A stretch of 64,000 bases of DNA from Lama guanicoe (GCA_013239625.1 MU054187.1:5777757-5841756), one strand, 5' to 3'; positions 39,644 through 52,069 are shown, counted from the stretch's first letter. Notes: generated by a model not told the origin, from the sequence alone. Translations and numbers: made by a program.

Positions 39644-39655
39644 AAATTTAGGTCA
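39644..39655 (+). promoter_or_regulatory. Candidate ROR response element in intron 1
   Basis: AAATTTAGGTCA fits WWAWNTRGGTCA exactly. Confidence 0.4.
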
Positions 39656-40497
39656 TCTTTAAGTGATCAGAAAAAAAAATGATGCCACAAAAATTTCCTC
39701 TGCTCATTAGTTCAATTATGTGCAGTACCTGGGAGATTCCTGTAACTCTCAGCACACTTGGTGAGAGTCAAAACGCATAAATCTGACGCTAGTGAATAAA
39801 CACTTCTTATCAGAAAAGCAAAGACAGTATTTTGAAGTGTGCACATGCACATACACACATATCTATATACCGTGCATAAATGCATAATATAATTTCCATA
39901 TTTTTATAATAAAATTCATAAACTCTACATTTGTTTCAGTGCATGTAGTCAACATCAGCGCCAGTAGTCAGCGCTGTTAGCAGTCCTAAATCTTCAAGGA
40001 TACCTTAAGGAAACTAAACTTCTTATTAAAAGCTCAGCCCCCTTCTCGCCAGGCCCACCGATTCGGCTGGAAATTGAGGACTAGTTTAGAGAGAGTGGAG
40101 CGGTGGCAGCACCCTTCCCGCAGAGTCGTGGCTTAGATACTTTCTCCCTGCAGGGTCATCTGAGCAAGCAAGCAGCTATTAGTTTCACTAACGCTGTGTT
40201 CTCACGGTGTTGAGCACCGTGCGACGATGCTCGTCTGAGCTACTCGCAAGGCAGAAATGTCATCCTGAGCCTTCAGGCTCGCCCTCCGGATGGCGGCAGG
40301 TGCCGGCAGGTGCCAGCCGCTGCCCGGCAGGAAGGCCAGGCTCCCGGACGCGAAGGCAGGCGGCGGGCACGCCGGCTCTCCCCGAGCGCCTGTTGCCCCC
40401 GAGCGGCCAGGGCTGCGGGGAGGCCGCGGAGACCCACGTGGGGAAGACGCGCCGCGGCGGTGCCAGCCCCCCGACGCCGCGACGCGCGGCCGGTTAC

Positions 40498-40597
40498 CTT
40501 CCTCGTAGCCCCACTCCACTCCCTCCTCCTCTTCCTCCTCGTCCTCCTCCTTCTCCGGGAAGGCGACAGAATCTTCGATGAAGCTCAGGTCAGCCAT
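40498..40597 (-). CDS. CA8: CA8 coding exon 1 (residues 1-33 plus 1 nt), acidic N-terminus
   Basis: ATG at 40597-40595 reads [34 protein letters not shown], the characteristic CARP VIII N-terminus; donor G|GTAACC at 40497; 100 nt. Confidence 0.98.
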
Positions 40598-40935
40598 GGG
40601 GAGGCCGGCGGTGCCCGCGCCTCGGCGGGGCGAGCGCTCCGGGCCGCGAGTGTGAGCGCGCGGGGACGGGTGTGAGCGCGGGGGGCGGAGGGCGAGGCGG
40701 GCGGCCGGGCGCTGGGCGCGGGGTCCTCGGGCGACCGGCGCGGGGAGCGCGGCGCGAGTCCGGCTGCAGCGCGGGAGGAGCCGCGGCCCCGGGAGCGCGA
40801 GCGGGCGAGTTATAAGCCCGCCGGGCCGGGCCGGGGCGGGGCGGACTCGGGAGGGACCGCCCCCTGCCTCGGGCTCGGGGCCCGGGTGCACGGCCGTCTG
40901 AGGCCCCGGGGATCCGGGCCGAACCGCACCCCCCG

Positions 40936-40986
<51 letters not shown>
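40936..40986. repeat. (CG)n(CA)19 alternating purine-pyrimidine microsatellite in the promoter
   Basis: acacgcgcgcg followed by a CA run from 40947 to 40985. Confidence 0.95.
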
Positions 40987-40987
<1 letters not shown>

Positions 40988-43900
40988 CACCGCCCTAACC
41001 GCCGGGTCGCCTCCCCACCCGCTCTCGCTCACCAGCTGCTCCCGCTGCCCCGCGCCTTCCTTCCAGAGCCCCGGGGTCCGCCCTTAGGACCCCTGGACGC
41101 AGGGCCTCGGTCAGCGGCTTCTTACCCTTAGTTATCGCATCCTTCCTCCGGAAAATACTACAAAGAAAGAAAGGGGTCGGGGAGGAGAAAGATGAATTGC
41201 AGCGGATAAGCGAACAGAGAGGGCAGGGAGACCCCGTAACAAAACAAAAAAGTTTCCCGCTCAGAATATTTATTACTGAACGTTAACTTTTTGATTCGGC
41301 CTTAGAGCACAGTGGAGAACAGTATGGAAACATTTACAATTATGGTTACTAAAAATATTTTTAAATTTTTTTATTTTAATCTAGACAAGTAATTTAGGGA
41401 CATTTTTCCGTTAAAAAATTTTTTTCAAAGGCAACAGGAGTGAAAGACAATAAAGAAAGGGTGTTTGGTTTTAGTTTCAAGTCTGAAGTGCTCCCGCAGG
41501 CGCAGCTTGCTGTGTACACAATCGCCTGGTGAAATCGTGTAAATAATGAAATGCACACATTGCATAACAAACAGGAACTTTCCTGACCCAAACAGTTACC
41601 TCTTCAATATGCTCCTCAGTCCCGTGTGAATGGCTTCAACCCCCTGTTCGAAGGCCTTTTTAAATAAAGCTCTAGCCAATAACCCCGGAGCAGGCTAACT
41701 CCGCAGTTTTAGAAGGTATATGTACGTAATAAGCTCAGATTTGGACTTTAAGTAATACTTGTTTTTATGTGGTCTGTGCATACAACAAAACGTTAGCGGT
41801 TTGAGTAATAGGTTCCTAAACTGTACCACCCTCTGAATGCTTAAGTCCTCATCATAAGGATGGAGATGCTGTGTCTGGGAGATTCTTAGATTCTGTGTTC
41901 CTTGCCCTCACTGCCCACTCAGCCCTGCACTTTTATAAAAAGCCATTTCACAAGCTATTTGAAACTTCTCCCAAAAATGGACTGGGACTAGGCAGGTGGG
42001 GAAGTACTCAATCATTTCTGCAATTCTGCCACTTTCTGGAATGTTTAGCAAAATAAGTGAAAACTATTGGTCAACTTTAGCTTTGAGGATCTCAAGCATT
42101 CTTGTAATTTCTCGTTCCCCTTAACACAGAGACCAGAAAGCCACCAATCAGAGGACTGAGCCACCGTTTGAGAGAGACCAAATTCGCTCTTCACTCACTG
42201 CCTTTTGGTGTTCTTTAGTGGAAACCCTCCCTCCCCTGCATCTTTAGTGGAGACCCTGTCTCCCCTGTACCTCGGTAAGCCTGGGATTTGCAGAAGCAGA
42301 AGTCAACTAGCTTTTAAAAGTAATAAGCACAACCCAAAATATTAACCACTTTCCACTGAAGTTCTGCTGAAAGGAACACTTTATTTCTTTTTCCATTCTT
42401 GAAAACTCTCACATTCTTGAAATTTTCAATCCAGTTTCTTCTTAGAAGTATGTTCACACATTCATCCAATGCTGTAGCTAATGGGAACTCGGGAAGAATC
42501 TCAGTAACAAAATCACTTCGCAAGCCTGAGCTCTTCAGCAAGGTCCATGCCCTTCTGCCCCCAATCCTGCAGAAGTGCTAAATTACCACCATGTAACAAC
42601 CAATTTCATTTAAAGGATCGCATAACTTACAGAGATGTTTACCAAGCCAGAGGACAGCAAAATCACATGGAAAAAGCTCAGTTTTTCAGGAGTAAGTAGT
42701 GCGCCATATTTACAGCAGTCAAGCTGAGATAGTGAATTGTTGATACTGAATTTTGCAGCTGATAGGCAGTTTAGCCTATAGCCCACAATGCATCACCGTT
42801 CATAAATGCAGTTAACTGCTAGACGCACATATGTTTATCCATACATATTCTTTGTGAATTTTTTAACATCGTGTGTGTAATGTAACTCCTCTCTGCAAGC
42901 CTGGGGTGCCCTACCCAGCAACATACGAGCCATTTCACCATACATCCAAATATTCAATTAGCAGCCTTAATTGCTTTGAGACTGTGTGCTTCAGATTTCT
43001 GCTAATTAACAGCACCTTAAGACCTTCTCTTCTCAAAACCCTGCACTGTATTATCACTAAAGATGGAATTTCTATTTCCAGTTATTATGAGATACCTGTC
43101 ACCAGAAAACCGAAACACACAGATGAAAGATATAGGCCAATTTTTTGATTTACAAAATAGAACAAGCACACCTAAATCTAATATCATAGAGTCTAAAAAT
43201 AATCATGCTCTATATTATGAATGTAAGTATTCTGTGTATCACTCTGTATAGTTTTAAGACATTTCAACCTAATGTCATATCTGATTCCTTAAATTAACTT
43301 TATATTACTCACTTTTAGTGTTTGCCTAAAGAGGTCAAACCACATCCTAGAAAAATTTATTAACACTAAGAGCTATATAACTAACTACTATTTGATACTA
43401 TGAAAATAGGAATAGAAATGCCTAAAAGAAATAAAGAGATATTAAGATTGCTTCACGGCACCCCGTATTTAAACAACCCTCTGTCCCAATCTTTTCTCAC
43501 TCTTTGCCTACCTTCCCAAGGCTTTCTTACTGTGTTGGTGAGTTTGAGGCCTAGATTAGTCATAAACAATTGTAACCTTCTTCTTGTGTGTAACTTATGC
43601 TCTGGGAACACCTCAAGGTTGGCACTTATATGTGTGTGTCAAATGGCTTCTCACAAGATGATCAATTTCTGAACTTCAGCAACAGTGAGTTGTGTTCCTT
43701 TGTGTGCGCTGCTCTGCCCTGGGCGCTGTGGGAGACCCCAAAACAAATAAAATCCTGTTTCTGCCCTCAAGGAATTCACAGTTCTCTTGCGGTTGGAGAG
43801 GTGAGAGTTAATAATTAAAGATAATGTGTTAAGTAGAAATGCAGTTGCCATCACATCTAAGGAAGATGCGATTCAGACACATGACAATGACCCAGAAAGG

Positions 43901-44479
43901 TTTCTGGGAAAAGATGGCTTTTGAGGCAAACCAAAAATGATGAGTAGGATTTTGGTGGGCGATAAGGGAGGGAAGAGCATTGCCGGCCCAAGAAATGATG
44001 TTGAATCATGGAAGTGCTGGTTGTAGATCCATTTTCCCCCCTAAGTGCCTTTTGTGGCCTTCCAAAACTCATCTGCATCTCTCGAAACATGTGTGCTTCC
44101 ACAGGCTCAGGTCTGAAGTAAGACAGTTCTCTGGTTGTTTCGTTTGTTAGTCTGATTTTTGTTTTCTCTGTAAAGATATTAAAATTTTCCTGACCACATC
44201 CACTGATTTCTGAAGGTTTCAAGCTTTGCATATAAGGCAAGACGTTCTGTTTCTTTTGTTTACATTTCTTTCTTCAGCAGATTAATCTCATACCTTACCT
44301 GCTTCAAGTTGCGTTTGTCAACCTACTTCGTTAGCCCTCTTCTTGCTCTCTTGTCTTCAGAAGCATCAGCTTTTAGTCCTAGGGTTCGGCAGAGCTGTGT
44401 AGATTGTGTTATTGTTCCTGTCATTCGCGATTGTATGTCACTGCTTTGACTGATTGAATATGAATATAAGGGCATGCAC

Positions 44480-44745
44480 CACTTTCCAATAGAAACTTGA
44501 GGAGTTACTGTGTGGTTTCACTACCATGTTTGTCCCTTTGTCACAAAATTACCCAGTTCAGGAAAGCCTCCTTCAGTTAGTCTGGATCCTGGAATGAAGA
44601 ACATCCACAGATGAATGAGAACCACAGCCATCCCAAAGTCAACATGTAACGTCAGTGAGAAATCAACCCCTTTGTTTGCTACGACACTGAGCTTTCAGGG
44701 CTGTTTGTTACAGTAGCATAACCTAGCAAAAGCTGACTGTTACAG
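44480..44745 (+). mobile_element. MaLR LTR (MLT1J/K-like) 3' part
   Basis: gtctggatcctggaatgaag, gtgagaaatcaacc, ggggctgtttgttacagtagcataacctagc..gctgact. Confidence 0.65.
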
Positions 44746-46054
44746 TAGCCCATCAGGTAAAGATGATTTCAAGGGTAACCTTCATTTGCTCAAATGCTTT
44801 TTGGTATCTCTCTTTTTCTCAAAATAAAAGTACCTCTCTGGCCTGTGAGGAACTAAACAGCCTCAAACAGTGCCCTTCTCCCCACCTTGCAAACTTCTCA
44901 GAAGGCCCAGCCCAGTTGGGATTCTCACAGCATCACCACACAGTGAGAAAGCCCTTATGCATGGAAAACTCCCATCTCCTCTAGTGGACACAGGCGATAG
45001 ATAGCTCTCTGGATTTCTCTAAGATCGCACCAGGTAGGCCTGAGGCCCTACACCTCCTTCAACATCAAAATGAAAGAGACTGAATTTAGGGTGTCTGAGA
45101 TCATTAGGTTTATGTCTCCAAAATCTATTTTCATAGCAAGCAAAACCTTCTCTAGGTGCCTTCCTGGTACTCTGCCAAATGAAACCCCTGCTCGAGTGGT
45201 TAAAGTGTGTCCATGGTAACCCCATGCAGATCTCCAGCCCTGAAGTGAAGATCCGTATGTGAAGTAGGTATCGTAGGACCTCCTCCAACAGACAGGGAGC
45301 TCCCGGGGCAAGGGCGCTTTATTTCTCCTTGTATCCCCTTACGGCAGGACTCAGGAATTAGCTTCCCTGCGCCACCCGACTAGCATTTATCAACATACTG
45401 GTGCAATAAAATTTCCAGCAACGAGGGTGGCAGCTTTCAGGGTGTAGTGGGACCACCAAAAAGGAAATGATCAAGATTACTTGGCGGCAAGTGTGTCATT
45501 AGGGGCTTCATAAAGGAAGTGACACATGTGCTGGGTCTTAAAAGGTAAGTATTCTTTTGCCCGCAGCAGAGAGAAGGAAGGGAGGAAAGAAGGACATTCC
45601 AGTGAAATGGAAAAGGAAACAACAAAAACTCAAATACAGAAGCGAGCCCGGGGACACTTTTTGAGCCAACTTTATTTTCTTTTCCTGTGGCGTTAAGAAG
45701 GTTTTCTGTGGTGTTAGTAAGAGTGCAAAATGACACCTTTAAATGGTACGTCTCTGTTTCAGTAATTTTTTTAAACAACATGTCTCAGAATAATCTCATG
45801 TCGTGAAATAAAACACAAAGGAGATGCTCGGTGACTGCATCCTGTTGGCAGAACAACAGGACTGAAAATGCATTGAGTGCGCGCGACATTAAGACAAGAT
45901 GCCATGGCCAAGTGAGAGCAGCCTGTGGGCCACACGTATTCCCATGCGCCTGCTGCCCCGCGTGCTGATGTTCTGTTGGCTGGAGGGGCCGCAGGTCAGC
46001 CTGTTGTGCACCGTGGGAAGCCAGTTCCCAGGAAAAGGACGTCTGAGCCTGGCA

Positions 46055-46542
46055 GTGTTCTCCAAAGATGGCAGCTGTCACTCCTGCCCTCCTGTAGTCA
46101 CAGGCTGCTCTTCCCAGTGGGAGGGGCGGCTAGTTCCCCTTCCCGTGAATCAGGGCTGGCTCTGTGGCTTGTTTTGTCCAGTAGACTGTGGTAGAGTGAC
46201 CCTGTGCCCGTCTAAGAGGGCTGGCCAATTCCTCTTGTGCTGTTAGGAACCAGGCATCGTGTAAGAAACCCCGCCACCCAGAGCCCACCTGCTGTGAGGA
46301 GGCCCAAGCCACCCGCGCCACACGGGAGCCCCGGGGCACAGGTGAGGGAGACCTTCCAGCCCAGCTTAGCCCCCAGCTGAACGTGGCCAAGTGAGTGGCC
46401 CCAGCTGGCAGGATGCGGAGCAGAAAAATTGCCTGTCTGAATCCTGCCTGAATTCCTGGTCCCCAGAATCATGAGAAATCGTAAATCATGGTTTTAAGCC
46501 ACCAAGCTTTGGGGTGGTTTACTACGCAGCACAAAATAACGA
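46055..46542 (+). mobile_element. MaLR LTR (MLT1G/H-like)
   Basis: ccaaagatggc, ccttcccgtgaatcagggctggc, aattcctggtccccagaatcatgaga, ttttaagccaccaagctttggggtggtttactacgcagca..aataac. Confidence 0.75.
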
Positions 46543-46839
46543 GGGCGAGCACTGACTGTGTACCAGGTGCTCTGCCGCGAGCATCTCCCAAAGACTCTTT
46601 CCTCTGAGTCTCACAAGAGATTCAATAATATCATCTCAGGTTCAGATGAGAAAAGGTAGGCTTAGACTTGCCTGTGGCCAGACAGAGGGGGCAGGTGACC
46701 CGAGGTCTGTCTCTCTCTGGAACCTGTGCCCTGAGCCACCAAACTGACTGCCTGCGGAGCAGGTGAACTCAGCCAGTGTGCTCTGTCTCCACGACCAGGA
46801 GAACATGGGCTGTAGGAACAGTTAGGAACCACACAGCAA

Positions 46840-47309
46840 TTTTTTTTATTGAAGCACAGTTGAATTGCAATGTCGTGTTAATTTCTGGTGTAGGGCATAG
46901 TGATTCAGTCATACATATATACATATTCTTTTTTATATTATTTTTATTTTAAGTTATTATAGCATATTGCATATAGTTCCCTGTACTATATATACCATTG
47001 GACTTTGTTGTTTGTCTATTTTATATATATTTGTGTCTGCAAATCCCAAACTCCTAATTTATCCCTCTTTCCCCTTTCTTTGGTAACTACAAGTTTGTTT
47101 TCTATGTCTGTGGATCTGTTTCTGTTTTGTAAACAAGTTCATTTGTCTCATTTTTTTAGATTCGACGTATAAGTGATATTTGTCTTTCTCTGTCTGACTT
47201 CTCTTAGTATGATAATCTCTATGTCCATCCGTGTTGAAGCAAATGGCATTATTTCATTCTTTTTTTATGGCTGAGTAATGGAATACTTATTTTTATATAT
47301 ATATATATG

Positions 47310-47359
<50 letters not shown>

Positions 47360-47850
47360 ATAACTTCTTTATCCAGTCATTTGTTGGCGGACATTTAGGT
47401 TGCTTCCGTGTCTTGGTTATTGTAAGTAGTGCTGCTATGAGCATTGGGGTGCATGCACCTTTTTGAATTAGCGTTTTCTCTAGATATATGCCCAGGAGTG
47501 GGACTGCTGGATCATATAGTAACTCTATTTTCAGTTTCTTAAGGAACCTCCATACTGCTTCCTTATTGGTTGTGCCAAATTACATTCCCACCAACAGTAT
47601 AAGAGGAGTCCCCTTTCTCCACACCCTCTCCAGCATGTATCACTTGTGGACTCTTGAATGATGACCATTCTGATCAGTGTGAGGTGATATCTCATTGTAG
47701 TCTTGATCTGCATTTCTCTGATAATCAGCAATACTGAGCATCTTTTCATGTGCCTCTTGGCCATCTGTGTGTCTTCATTAGAAAAATGTTTATGCCTTCT
47801 GCTCATTTTTTGATTGGGCTGGTTTTTTGTTATTGAGTTGTGTGAGCTGT
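46840..47850 (-). mobile_element. L1 3' ~1 kb (ORF2 C-terminus and 3'UTR) with internal (TA)n(CA)n at ~47294-47357
   Basis: Minus strand encodes [35 protein letters not shown] (L1 ORF2 C-terminus); T-tail at ~46840. Confidence 0.95.
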
Positions 47851-48039
47851 TCAGACAGCAATTTAAATGCACACTCCAGCCCTACTGCATCCTTCCTCTG
47901 GGCAGACAGGTAGGTATGCTGGACCAGTCTTGGCAGCCGGGGTCAGGAGGGTCAAAAATGGAGGTGTCAAAGAAGTTAAGAAAGGAAAAAGAGAGGTACA
48001 AAACTGCAACTTTTGAAAGTTATTTTTAATTAAATAAAA

Positions 48040-48400
48040 AGATTTTATTTTTGAGCAGTTTTTTGTTCCAAAGCAATTGAGCAGAAAGTACAGACAGTTG
48101 CCACCTCCCCCCTCACCTCAGCCCAGTTTCCCCTGTTACTAGCATCTTGCATCCGTGTGGTACGTTTGTTACAATTGACGAGCCAATAATAATGATCCAT
48201 TATTATTTCTTGAGGGGGTAGGTAATTAAGTTTTATTTATTTATTTTAATTGGCAGTACTGGGGCTTGAACCCAGGACCTTGTCCATGTTAAGCATACAC
48301 TCTACCACTGAGCTATACCCTCCCCACAATGATTCATTATTATTAACTAAGGTCCATAGCTTACATTAGGGTTCACTCTTTGTGCTGTACATTCTGTGTA
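48040..48400 (-). mobile_element. Old L1MA/MB 3' fragment interrupted by a SINE
   Basis: ttttgagcagttt..aattgagcagaaagtacaga, gtggtacgtttgttacaattgacgagccaat, acattagggttcactcttt. Confidence 0.75.
48208..48325 (-). mobile_element. tRNA-derived SINE (Vic-1/camelid type) with 17-bp TSD
   Basis: gtactggggcttgaacccaggacc...ctctaccactgagctataccctcccc; TSD aatgatccattattatt (48191-48207) / aatgattcattattatt (48328-48344). Confidence 0.92.
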
Positions 48401-48729
48401 TAATTTTAAGCCTCTGCTCAGATATAGAGAAGGGACTTTGTGGCTGGAATCCCATGTTGAAGATCAACCCTCCCCTGCAGCCATGATTTAGTCCACCTCT
48501 GTTGCTCCTCTGACCTCTCTGTCCCTCTGGCCGGTTTGTCTGGATCCCTGCTCTGGCTTTGCTGCCTTTTGTCACATGGCTCCCAATCCACAGCTTACCT
48601 TCAACCTCCTGCTTCCTCTGCTCAGACTAACAAGCCAGGATCTGAAGTCTCCTGATGGACTGCGGAGTCCTTGCTCGTGGGCTGGTGATTTGCTCATGAC
48701 CTATTATGTATCATGTGTGTCATGTGATT

Positions 48730-48870
48730 TCACTCATTAATTCATAATAATATGACAGGAGGTATTTTTTTTAATAGATGAGGAAACTGAAACTCAGAGA
48801 ATTAAATGTTTTGTGTATGACCACACAGCTAGCAAGTGGAGGAGTTAACCAGGTCTAACCAGCTCCGCAG
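48730..48870 (-). mobile_element. MIR SINE
   Basis: atagatgaggaaactgaaactcagaga..ccacacagctagcaagtgg. Confidence 0.7.
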
Positions 48871-49529
48871 CCAACTTACCCCATGCCCCTTTCTCACCTC
48901 TCACCTCTCACCTCTGAGTCAGGTTTTTATACCAGAATCCCATTCAAAGTGTCATTAGTTATTCATCCATTCACATTTGCAACCAGCTCTCAATGGGATA
49001 CGAATTAAGTGGCTCCTTAGCAATCTAACATGCTGCTCCTCAAAGGCAGAAAGCCTTCAAGATGCTTTATATGAAATGTTTCTGTTTCATAAAGAGCCTG
49101 TGTAACGAGGAGGAACCAGGGACACTAATGAAACACACAAAGCAGTAAGCATTCCTAATGCTAATGGGCACAGCGTTCACATTATGGTCGGAACCCCATT
49201 GACTGGGCTTCGCTGACTATCACTTTAAGCATAATTTTTGACGATGGAAGAGAGAGGCTAGCGTGATGCAGAGCACACCAAGCGCTGAACGAGGCTGACC
49301 GTGCTAGTTTCAGCTGGGGCTTCATTCTTTAAGGGGCAGTAACACACGACATATTCCCCACCTGGCAAAGGAGATAACAGAAAAAGAGACTAAAACTACA
49401 ACATGAGAGATTTTGGTGAGACACAATACTTATCAGATATTAAGAATTATTTAAAACAGTCCTCTTCAAAAGTCTGATGGAAACACATATCTTGTTAAAC
49501 GTGTTATTGCCCTCAGCAGAATATACTAT

Positions 49530-49730
49530 GTTGGAAGTGGGTATAGCATAATGGCTTTGTGGCTTAGTAAGTTTTGATCTTGATCAAGACATTTAAGCTC
49601 TGTGTGCCTCAGTTTCCTCATCAGTAAAATGAGGATAATAATAAACTGCAATAGTCAGTTCTACTAGAGTGCTTGTGAAAATGCGAATTTGTTCCGATGC
49701 CATTGATATCGTAGGGAACGATTTAAGCAC
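49530..49730 (+). mobile_element. MIR SINE
   Basis: ctctgtgtgcctcagtttcctcatcagtaaaatgaggataataata. Confidence 0.75.
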
Positions 49731-49989
49731 ACCGAAACTTCCCTGTTTGCTTGTGAGGAACAATAGACTAAAGCAGAAAGCTGGACCCAGTAGAACCGAG
49801 TCATGTAGGACATACATACGCAAAGGCACTCGTGCACCCACCTCAAACATCTGCCAACGACATCTGACTTTCCAACCCCGCGTCAGATCTCAGCTGACCC
49901 TCCTTCCACCCCTTCTCAGTAAGTCACAAGCTGCAGACACATCCCCAGGCAAACATCAGATCTTTTCCAAGTTAAAATGCCACCCTTAG

Positions 49990-50209
49990 TTTAGCATTTA
50001 TGCATTTCTTAACCTTTGAATGTGTGTAAAAAGCTGCTACCATTTTATTCGACTCCTTTGTTATTTTTAATGTGTCACCATTGAAGATTTTTGAGTGTTG
50101 TGCCCCTAATCCCATTTTCTCCAGAAGCCCTGGAGCTGTTTTTGCCAATTTTGCATAGCACGGTGTCTTTTAGCAACACATGTATCACATTATAGCAAAA
50201 CTGACTGTA
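49990..50209. mobile_element. TcMar-Tigger-like DNA transposon end
   Basis: cccctaatcccattttc..., ends ttatagcaaaactgactg followed by TA. Confidence 0.5.
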
Positions 50210-50839
50210 TCTGCCACAAATAAGCACTCAAATAGTGTATTATTGTTGTAATTATAAGAAACTGATATTTCTTAGATCATTTTATCTTCGAGTTAATTTG
50301 ATTATTGTCATCATTAGTTTGAATACTGTCCGTGTTGCTACTATTAATACTGTTGTATTCATATTGGGGAATGTCTTTAGGATGTGCATATTCGTGACAT
50401 TGCTCAAAGTATATGAACCAATATGGGAACAGTCCATCACTTAAGAATTTCAAAGGTATTGCCTGCCCTACAAACTTGACCGTATCTCTTTGAGACCACA
50501 GTGCAAAACAGAACCTGCTGGTAATCAGCAGGTAGCTCTAAGTGTTTCACTTCAAGATAGTTTGATTTCAGACATCCAGCTGTATTCTGGACTAGTTATC
50601 CATAAGCCTGTTTAATCAATTATCACATAGATAAGGGCATGATATTTACATTTCGGGTGTAAGCAAAGTAATCAGCTGAGGTCACGGGAGGAAGACAAGA
50701 TTATTCGAGAAGTGAGCTTTTTGCAAATTATCTGTCCTGCTTGTGCACCTTCAAAAGCAAGAGTCACATGTGAACTATCATTAAAGACACGATTAGAATG
50801 CAAACACTAAGTCCTAAGATTCGTTCACACATCCCGTCA

Positions 50840-51052
50840 GTGCAGTCAACCCACCACGGATCAAAAATATTCCAGGGGAGAAAAGAAATTCCAGAAAGTT
50901 CCAAAAAGCAAAACTTGAATTTGCTGTGCCTTGGCAACTATTTACATAGCATTTGCATTGTATTACTGTTACAAGTAATCTAGAGATGATTTGAAATATA
51001 CAGGAGGATGTGTGCAGGTCATACGCAAATACTACACCATTTTATACAAGGG
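50840..51052. mobile_element. Tigger3-like DNA transposon fragment
   Basis: aaagttccaaaaagcaaaacttgaatttgc, aactatttacatagcattt, aagtaatctagagatgattt..atacaggaggatgtg. Confidence 0.75.
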
Positions 51053-51528
51053 CAACCTTGTGTGCATTCACTGTGGGAAGAATCACACACACACCTTGCT
51101 TCATCCACATTCATGCACCAGCGACGTTGACAAGGATGGCATTCTCTTCTGTACAAAAGGCAAAAAAATACTATAGAAGTGTCCCCTCACAATTTAAGAC
51201 AGAAGCTAATACATGTGAAGGTCCTTGAGAATCATAAATAATTATACAAGTGTAGATTGGCTTCATAATCATTTTTAAGTTGCTTCCTAAATCACATCTA
51301 GAACTATCTTTGCAAATAAAGCACTAGGTGTCCCAGAATGAGCAATGACATAATAGAGGAAACTAATAAAGACTGAGAAAGAATCATTTGGAGTCAACCC
51401 TGAAATTCTGAATTTTACTAAACAAACACCATCATCTCACAAAAATGTGACAGATGCCCAAAATGCATACCCATTGTCAAAGGAAGCATTTCTCACCGTT
51501 TAGGTAAAGTTCTTCGGTTTGTCTAAGC

Positions 51529-51698
51529 CAGTGGTTTTTTAAGTGTGATCCTGGACCAGCAGTATCAGCTTCACCTGAGAAATTGTTAGAAATGCAAATT
51601 TCTGGGCTCTGCTCCAGACTCACAGAATCAGAAACTCTGAGAGTGGAGCCAGTAATCATATTTTAACAGGTCCGCCAGGCTGAAGTTTGAGAACCAGG
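51529..51698. mobile_element. MER5A (hAT-Charlie)
   Basis: cagtggtt..aagtgtg.tcctggaccagcag.atcagc.tcacctg.gaa.ttgttagaaatgcaaat...aagtttgagaacca. Confidence 0.85.
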
Positions 51699-51704
51699 GG
51701 TCTG

Positions 51705-52018
51705 ACCTGTGTTGTCCGATAGGATCATTACAAGTTGCTATTAGCCATTTGAAATATGGCTAGTCCAAACTGAGACAAGCTGGCAAGTGTAAAATTCACA
51801 ATAATTTCAGAAACATAGTAAAAAAAAAACCCATAAAAGATATCTTTAATGTTTTTATATTGATTACGTGGTGAAATAATAATGATTTGGAAATGTCAGG
51901 TTAAACAAAGTATATTATTAGAATCAATTTAATACATTTTTAAAAATTTTTAATCTAACTAAAAGAAAATTTATAATTGCATATGAACTGCATTATATTT
52001 CTATAGGACAACACTGCT
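51705..52018. mobile_element. MER33-like (hAT-Charlie)
   Basis: tttgaaatatggctagtccaaactgaga, tttttatattgattacgtggtgaaataataat, attatatttctataggacaacactg. Confidence 0.75.
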
Positions 52019-52069
52019 GTAGACCAAACTTCTTAAAAATGTCAAAATACACTTCACAAAATTCCTATG

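Larger units (their letters stand above)
40200..41150 (-). promoter_or_regulatory. CA8: CpG island covering CA8 promoter, 5'UTR and exon 1
   Basis: Very GC- and CpG-dense stretch; GC boxes GGGGCGGGGCGG (~40833-40844) and CCGCCCC (~40857-40863); TTATAA at 40810-40815 is a possible TATA-like element. Confidence 0.9.

Noticed and set aside
39350..40530. [16 protein letters not shown] peptide repeat across intron 1 as a new duplication
   Set aside because: Standard feature of vertebrate CA8; the two Trp residues correspond to the alpha-CA N-terminal WGY...W motif
40202..41032. 276-aa ORF containing the CA8 N-terminus (possible N-terminal extension)
   Set aside because: Stop-poor GC-rich island; runs through the (CA)n repeat and into intron 1; no in-frame AUG, and no CUG seen in the parts of the leader I checked
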